Below, in pieces: positions 57,355-64,000 of a stretch of 64,000 nt of DNA. Source of the DNA: Phaeosaccion multiseriatum (taxonomy: Eukaryota; Protista; Ochrophyta, other classes); the NCBI GenBank assembly GCA_965112735.1, contig OZ218952.1, forward strand, positions 2,790,001 through 2,854,000, read 5' to 3'. The notes below the pieces were generated by a model that made no database searches, had not been told where the DNA came from, and worked only from the letters and a program-made list of their open reading frames with translations. Position 1 is the stretch's first letter. Each line of letters opens with the position of its first letter. The position numbers were made by a program, and so were the translations under genes.

Positions 57355-59182
57355 GCAGCAAGAAAAAGGGGGGGCAGAGGAAGATGGAGGAGTAGGAGGA
57401 GGACAAGGGGGGGAAATAGACGGGATTGTGCCTGTAGAAAAAGCCCTCTTACCAATGGACGTGCTGGAGCTGGATGCACAGCAGCAGGCCGAAGGCGCGG
57501 AGGGGGGAGCGGCAGTAGCAGCAGCAGCAGCAGCAGCAGCAGAAGGTTCAGCGGACTATAGCACTGACAATGTTCTGGGGGAGCTGGCGGGCTTCACCTT
57601 GCCTCTGCTCGTGGTGTGGCTCTCCAGCCCAATTGTGAGTCTGGTGGACACCGCCGTAGTGGGCATGGGCAGCTCCGCCCAACTCGCTGCCCTGGGTCCT
57701 TCCACCTCCCTCTTTGACAGCGTGGCATACACGTGCATCTTCCTCGCCTCGGTTACCACAAACATTGTGGCCTCGGCCAATGCCATCGGAGATGAAGTGG
57801 CCGCCACAAGAGCCACCAACACGGGGTTGGTCATCGGTCTGGCAACAGGAGTCATCTGCACCGCTCTCTTCCTCTACTTTGGCCGGCCCATCATGTCTCT
57901 ATTCCTCGGGGCAGGCTCCCCGCTGCTGGACTTTACCATGCAATACCTCAACATCAGGGCGCTGGGCTACATTGGCGTGACGGTGGGGATGGTTCTCCAG
58001 GGCGTGTGCATGGCCAACAAGAACGTTCGCACGCCCCTCGTTTCCTGCGCAGTGGGCTCGGTGGTGAACTTGGTGTTCGACCTCATCCTCGTGTGCTGGC
58101 TCGGCATGGGCATTGCGGGGGCTGCCGTCGCCACCACGGTATCGCAGTACCTCGCGGCCTATGTGCTGTGGATTGAAGTCATGTCCGCGCCAAAGGTGGC
58201 GGAAGGGGAGGGTGGCGGGGCTGCTGCACTCGCCCCCAAGCGTGGAATAGGGCTGCCCACCTGGGGTGAAGCGAAGGAGTACATGGGCCTAGGGCTGCCT
58301 ACCGCCGCCGGACTGACGGCCCAGATTAGCACCGCCTCCATGCTCACCGTGGCTGCCAGCGCCTGCTCCACCGCCGCTCTGGCCGGTCACCAAGTGGTGT
58401 ACAGCATCTTTTTGCTCTTTTGCCCCGTGGGGGAGGCCATTAGCCAGACGGTGCAGGCCTTCTTGCCGGCGCTCATGTTCAACAAGACGCGGTCCCGCCA
58501 GCCGGGCAGGAAACGGGCCGCTGTGAAGCGAGCCATGGGGCGCAAGAAAGCCGTCAAGGAGCGACCTTCTGTGCTGGAGGACACCCTCACCCTGACCAAG
58601 GCCGGCGTGGGCATGGTCAAGACTGTGCTAGGCTTGGGGGCCATCTTCGGGGTGGCAGACATGATTCTCTCCGCCGCCATCCCCTGTGGACTGCCCATGT
58701 TGTTTACTCCCGACCGCGCCGTTTGGACGCACATTCGAGGGGGCTCCTTGTGGATGGGTGCAGGCATGTTGGTGCATGCTTTGACCATGACCTTTCAGGG
58801 CATTCTCATGGCGGCCAGAGAGGTGGGGACCATGTCCGCCATTTACATGCTCACCAGCGCCATGTTTTGCACCAAGTTTGGGCTGATGCGGGCAGGGGGC
58901 ATCACCAGCCTCAGCCTCTTGTGGAAGACGTTTTTCTGGTACCAAGTGACTCGTTGCGCGTTGTTTGGGGTGGCGGTGATGACGCGCAATCGCGATGCCT
59001 TTAAAGAGCACTGGGGGGGGCGCAAAGGTAAGCGAGCGGAGAAGAAGCGACAGGAGGCCCTATTGAGGCAGGGGGTCGTGGCCGCAGCTCCGACCATGCC
59101 AGAGCTCTTGTCTGGCGACGTTTCTCTCCAGTCGGGCTCGGACGACCAGCAACACCAGCATCCCCCTACCAGCGCGCAATAG
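56666..59182 (+). CDS. MATE efflux transporter, DinF/plant DTX46-47 (EDS5-like) type, likely plastid-targeted; single exon
   Basis: ATG at 56666. LPLLVVWLSSPIVSLVDTAVVG..S.QLAALGP, YLNIRALG, NLVFDLILV..LGMGIAGAAVAT..SQY, LAGHQV and GEAISQTVQAFLP are typical of this group. Leader LIASLLLQQGSA-F resembles an ASAFAP-type cleavage site. Confidence 0.9.
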
Positions 59183-59846
59183 CAGCAGCAGGAGGGGGAG
59201 TGTGGAGGGGAACACGGCACAGCACAACACACACACACACACACACACACAATCTCCAGCACAGCCGCAAGGGGCAATGGAATCGAACTCGAGAACTCGC
59301 GATCTGGGAGAGCTCCTGCAAAAGCAACGGCAGTGGCAGCGGCAGTAGCAGCAGCACCAGCGGTGGGTGGACGTCTCGTCTCTGGGGAGGACAGTTTTTT
59401 GGCACTGTGTCTCTCCTCAGTCTACTTTTTTGAAGAGAGTGGTATTTGTTCTGTTGCTGCACAGAGGTGGGGATGGGTGCGGCTAGTGTAAGGCTGTATG
59501 TACATAGCGAACGACCCACAGTTCGTAGGAGGGGGGGGGGGGGGGCAGATGAGTAGCTCTAAAATGTCTATTTGTTTCAGAGTTTCAGCATTCTTTCTTT
59601 GGCTTCAATCAAGCCTCTGCGCCCTGGGCTGGCCTCCGGGACGTACTCTAAGCATTCGCCCCCCCCCCGCTACTAGCGTCTTTAGCTGGCACCAAGAGCA
59701 GCGGACTCTGACCCTCTGCTGGGGCGGCACGGTAGGGTTCCACCCGGGCACGGGATGGTCGCTCTCAAAGGTTGGGTTCACGCACCACCCACACACCCAC
59801 ACACCCACCTGCTGATAGGGAGAGGCACACGCACACACACACACAC

Positions 59847-60024
59847 TCGACTCCTGACGTGCGTGTTATCGACGTATTCTCGATAACATGCTATCGGCCG
59901 CCGGCGATGGCATATAGCAAGCCCTGGCGCTGGCGCCGGCGGGGGGGGGGGGGGGCGACAGGCCGTTCGGTAGCAAGTCAAGGCAGCCTGACGCCGGCGA
60001 TAGCAGATAGCACGTCGGGGGTCG
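59847..60024. mobile_element. Diverged copy of the TCGACCCCTGA/GATAGC MITE family
   Basis: Left end tcgactcctgacgtgc, right end gcacgtcgggggtcg; internal ttctcgata, gctggcgccggc and gccggcgatagcagatag resemble 55753-55864. Confidence 0.6.
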
Positions 60025-60486
60025 CCCCCCCCCCCTTTCCAGCCAAGACACTTAAAAGGCGATTGGCGTAGTGCAGTGCACAAAAGTTGGGGGTCTTGCT
60101 GCACTCCCTTCACCCACCCCTACCTGGGACGCGTAACCAAAACTGCTCAACTCGGCGATAAAGGCACTTTAAGGGGGAGTCGGCCGAGGGGAGGGCCCGC
60201 TGGGCTGCAAGACACCCTTATGTAAGGCCCGCATGGCCCTTAAGGAACAGGAGTTTTGCTTCTGTCGTTCGGTGATCATCAATGATCACAAATGGTGATC
60301 ACAAGTAGCCAGCAAACGAGCTGAAACTAGAAATTTTCACCTCCTCTCACTTACTTCCTCTCCTCCATAGATGGCACTTCTCCTCCTTTGTGCCAAGTAG
60401 TAGTAGTAAGTATACCCTTGTTTGTGCTTCTTGCCTTTGGCGAACTGAATAAACAGACAAACGTACACACACAAACGTACAGGCTC

Positions 60487-62139
60487 ATGTCTCTACATGG
60501 AGGCCCTGGGGATGGTGAAGAGGCAGCAGCAGCAGCAGGAGGAGGAGGAGGAGGAGGAGGAGGAGGAGGAGGAGGATCAGCAGGAGGAGCACCAGTAGGA
60601 GCAGCAGCAGGAGCAGGGGGAGGACGAGGAGGGGCACCAGCAGGAGGAGGAGGACGAGGAGGACGAGGAGGAGAAGCACCAGGACTCCACCCTCCAGCAG
60701 TAGAGTCTGGAAGGGCCCCTGATAAGCAGCAAACAGGGTCGCAGCAGCTCTTTAAAAAGATGACAGCGTGGCGGATAGGAAAGGGCGCGGTAAAGGAGAA
60801 AGACGTGACGCCAGACGAAAGCCTCAAGGGGCCGAGCACAAATAGCAACCCGAGTGTAGTGAAGGAAGAAGATGACGGGGAGGAGGGGGAGAGCGGGGGT
60901 GGACGTGGCAGTAGTAGCGGCCTCAACATGGAGCACAGCATTAGCGGCTTGGACGATGACGAGAGCGTGGGCGGCTTTATGATGAACATGGGGCAGGAGC
61001 TGATGAAGCGAAGGGAAAAGCAGGAAAGGGAAAGGCAGTATAACGAGGAGCAACGGCTGAAAAAGCAGGCACAGGAGAAGAAGTTCAAGGGGTTGGGCCG
61101 GATATCTTCGTGGCGGTTCCAGCGAGGTAGTGGCGGCAGTGGAAAGGAGAGCGCGGTGAGCAGCAGCAGAGAGGGAGGTGACGTGCCGGCGCCGCCGCGC
61201 AGTGAAGCTCAGCTAAGCGGGGTTAGTAGCGACTACCTAAATCACTCGGGCAGGCCTCCTCCAGTGAAGGTGTACGAAGAGTCGAGTAGCGATGGGACGG
61301 TGGTACAAGATGACATAATCTCGGTCGGCAACTTTTTGCTGGGGCTGGCCATGGGGGGCAGCAGCGGTGGGGGTGGGGCGAGGGGTGAAGAAAAGGTAGG
61401 GGGCGACAGCTCAAAGGACCTCGACTCGTTGAGTTCGCGCACCGCAGCGGCGGATGACAAGCAGGGTGGTGGGGGCGGGAAACAAGACGAGCAGAAGATG
61501 AGCTTTGAGGACTTCCTACTGGAGCAGAGCAAGGGAAATAGTGTCATGTACGAAGAGGAGCTTGGGTGGAAGAGCGTCGGGGAGGCAGACAAGCGGAGGC
61601 AGCAGCAGCAGCAGCAGCAGGAGCAGCAGGCATTGGGCGCCGTTGCCATCGAAGAGGAGGAGGACGACGACGACGACGACGACGACGACGAGGAGGAGGC
61701 GGAGGAGGAGGAGGAGGAGGAGGAGGAGGAGGAGGAGGAGGAGGAGGAGGAGGGGGAGGAGGGGGAGGACGAGGAAGCAAGCCCGGCCTCCATCACGCCT
61801 TTTGTCAACGCCGACGGTGTCATGGAAGTTGGGGAGAACTGCGTAGTCACCAAGGACTTGAAATCGAAAAACGGCGCCATTCTGGTCCGGGGCAAGGTAC
61901 TGGACTGCGTACTTCATGGGGGAAACATTTTCATCGAGGAAGGAGGCGAGGTTCAATGCCGATCCACCGAATGTACCAACATGGAGGTGGCCGGGTCCTT
62001 CCGCGGCAAGCTGACGTGTAGCAACGAGCTGTTCGTACGCAACACCGGCTCTGCGATGGGGAACATTACGTTTGATGCCATGGTGGTGGAGGAAGGGGCC
62101 TTGGTGGAGGGCCAGTTTGCATATAGTGGCAGCGAGTAG
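60487..62139 (+). CDS. Bactofilin (polymer-forming beta-helix) domain protein 1, with a long Gly/acidic low-complexity N-terminus; single exon
   Basis: VGENCVVTKDL....ILVRGKV...IFIEEGGEV...MEVAGSFRGKLTCSNELFVRNTGSAMGNITFDAMVVEEGALVEGQF fits the bactofilin G.V.G.I...L.I..GA...G pattern. Confidence 0.85.
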   Translation: MSLHGGPGDGEEAAAAAGGGGGGGGGGGGGSAGGAPVGAAAGAGGGRGGAPAGGGGRGGRGGEAPGLHPPAVESGRAPDKQQTGSQQLFKKMTAWRIGKGAVKEKDVTPDESLKGPSTNSNPSVVKEEDDGEEGESGGGRGSSSGLNMEHSISGLDDDESVGGFMMNMGQELMKRREKQERERQYNEEQRLKKQAQEKKFKGLGRISSWRFQRGSGGSGKESAVSSSREGGDVPAPPRSEAQLSGVSSDYLNHSGRPPPVKVYEESSSDGTVVQDDIISVGNFLLGLAMGGSSGGGGARGEEKVGGDSSKDLDSLSSRTAAADDKQGGGGGKQDEQKMSFEDFLLEQSKGNSVMYEEELGWKSVGEADKRRQQQQQQQEQQALGAVAIEEEEDDDDDDDDDEEEAEEEEEEEEEEEEEEEEEGEEGEDEEASPASITPFVNADGVMEVGENCVVTKDLKSKNGAILVRGKVLDCVLHGGNIFIEEGGEVQCRSTECTNMEVAGSFRGKLTCSNELFVRNTGSAMGNITFDAMVVEEGALVEGQFAYSGSE

Positions 62140-62819
62140 TAGTAAGGCAGCAAGGCAGAGCAAGCAGGCAGGCAGGATAGAAGCAGTGAGAGACAACACA
62201 TGTACAGCACACCGGTTACCCCGCCTGCAATTGATTAATAAAATTGAAGCGGGGGTTGTTTTCTCTGGTTCTGTGCCGTAGCCCCCTCCTGCCTTCGGGC
62301 TGAGCTTATGGTTAGGCCAGCGCTGGCTTCTCAACTTTCACCCTTCTGGCTTCTCTCTTTCCCACTGGTGACTGGCTTCTGCTGGTCGCAGTCCAGCCCC
62401 TGGCTTCTCGGCTTTCGGCGGCCAGGCCAGGAGACCTGTGGCCCCCGATAAGAGAACAGAGAACCCTGGCGATCGGCCCTGGACAAGGTTATCTGATTAT
62501 TAGCGCACACTGTAGGGTTGATGGTGGGGGCCGACGGCAACCGCACTCGGGAGGGCTTCCGAGCTGCGGTTGTGTCGTGCCCCCTGGGGAAGCCCTTTTG
62601 TTGCCGGCCTTGAATACGGCCTTATCATCAAGGAAATCAAATCCCAGAGAGAAGGCTCCAGAGAATGCATTGAACGGTGTTTGTCCATTGCTTGTGCCCC
62701 TTGTTGGTGTGGTTAGACCGGGCGGGACGCAAAGTGCAAAAAGGTTCCCCGGGCCATGGGGTGCGCCCTGCTCAGGAGCCTCCTCTTGACGGACGTGCTC
62801 TTCATGTGGCGTCTCGAAC

Positions 62820-63905
62820 ATGCATGAGGGGCTTCCCAGCGTTGAGGAGGACGAGGCTGCTCCTTCTTCGTCGCAACAGCAGCAGCAGCAGCAGGGGGGG
62901 GAGGTGAGGGGGGAGGAGAAGGGGACGCGACGAACGGAACCCGGGCTGAGCACAACCTCGCCAGCGTCGCCAGAGTCCGCCGCTGGAGGGCAGGAAGGTG
63001 GCAATATCATGGCCAAGGCGTCCGGCACACAGGGTGTGAAGCCAAGACCATCAGGAGGGGCGCTCCCGAGCAAAGTCATTACGGTGGGACCAGAGGAGTT
63101 GATGACAGACCTTAATGTGGGCGAGATTTTAGAGGACGGTGACACGCTCTTTGTGGTGCAGGGCAAGGTGCGGCAGTCCGTGGTAAAGACCAAGGTAGTG
63201 CATGTGTTTGGGACCTTTGAGGGAAAGATCGAGGCAGACTCAGTCGAGGTACGTTGAGTTTGTGAGTGAGTGAGGGAGGGAGTGGTATGCTGTTTGCTTG
63301 CATGGGAGTGGGGGCGGTGCTGTTATCAGGCGAGGGAGAGGGATGCGCGAGTGGGAGGGTGTGGTCAGGGCGAAGGGCATGTGAGTGGAGCTGATAACAC
63401 ATAGGGAAGCCTCGCTGGTATCATTGGTCATGCAATGAGAATGCTGAGTTGCAAGTTAAAGGCCAAGCACTACAGAAAACGTCGACACCGCTCACACTCC
63501 AAGGACGCTACCCCACAGGTCTTCGACGGGGGGCTTTTAGTAGGCACAGTGGAGGTACGAACCGCAGTGCTGTCGGGCCAATCCCGGGGAGCGCTCCTTG
63601 TCTCTGAAAGGCTTTTGGTGACCAGCACAGGCAAGGGCAATGGCTGTATACGATATGGAACCTTGGGGGTGGAGCGGGGCGGAAGGTTGACCGGGGATCT
63701 CAGGAGAGCTATCCCGAACTCTCCCTCCACTGTAGTCATGACAGAAGAAGAGAAAGACAAGGCAGCAGCGGCGGTCGCCAACGATGGAGTAGGAGGCCAG
63801 GGAGGGGGGGCGGCAGCAGCAATCAGGAGGAGGGAAGGGCGGAGGGGAGGAGGCAGCAGACTTGCGGCAGCGGCAGCGGCAGCGGCAGAAGGAAATGGAC
63901 GTTGA
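62820..63905 (+). CDS. Bactofilin domain protein 2; join(62820..63248,63519..63905)
   Basis: VVQGKV...VHVFGTFEGKIEADSVE|VFDGGLLVGTVEVRTAVLSGQSRGALLVSERLLVTSTGKGNGCIRYGTLGVERGGRLTGDL, joined across a phase-0 GT-AG intron. Confidence 0.85.
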
Positions 63906-64000
63906 CGACGCCGTGCCTCCGAGACGGTCCAAGGGAAACTTGGTGCTACAACTGGCAAAGATGGATCTCATGAGGGGGGAAGGGGGAGGGGCGGATTACC

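Noticed and set aside
50968-59182. Thioesterase + MATE as a secondary-metabolite gene cluster
   Set aside because: No PKS/NRPS or tailoring genes in the window, and the thioesterase lacks catalytic residues.
60487-63905. Bacterial contamination or very recent HGT of bactofilins
   Set aside because: There is a spliceosomal intron in gene 2, host-type low-complexity tracts, and continuity with flanking eukaryotic genes.

Overview
Eukaryotic nuclear DNA: GC-rich, GT-AG introns, extremely rich in microsatellites. The gene content suggests a flagellated photosynthetic stramenopile, possibly eustigmatophyte-like (inference). It includes an ion-transport/adenylyl-cyclase fusion, a SHIPPO-repeat flagellar protein, a MATE with an SAF-type bipartite leader, a DIX-like domain and bactofilins. 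I can support eleven protein-coding genes by hand-splicing: TIM22 (partial), a DIX-like+ELMO protein, a PGPGxY-repeat protein, a channel-type adenylyl cyclase, a ~3100-aa coiled-coil protein, an IQ+Cdc123-like protein, a myristoylated EF-hand-like+CBS protein, a type II thioesterase-like protein, a DinF/EDS5-like MATE and two tandem bactofilins. Most ORFs in the supplied track are artefacts of repeats or antisense shadows. Most notable observations: (1) intron repeats appear to be built from splice signals, with sense-strand (GTGA)n donor arrays, an AG-free 23-bp minisatellite carrying a branch-point motif, and G-rich 5' halves complementary to C-rich 3' halves; (2) MITEs with TC...GA ends and a 6-bp TSD sit in promoter regions; (3) two apparent pseudoenzymes, a thioesterase lacking both Ser and His and a cyclase lacking the catalytic Arg; (4) a tandem pair of eukaryotic bactofilins; (5) a satellite with nested higher-order periods of 2726, 1216 and 524 bp. 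No CRISPR, rRNA or tRNA was recognised. All gene models are manual and unverified by RNA data.
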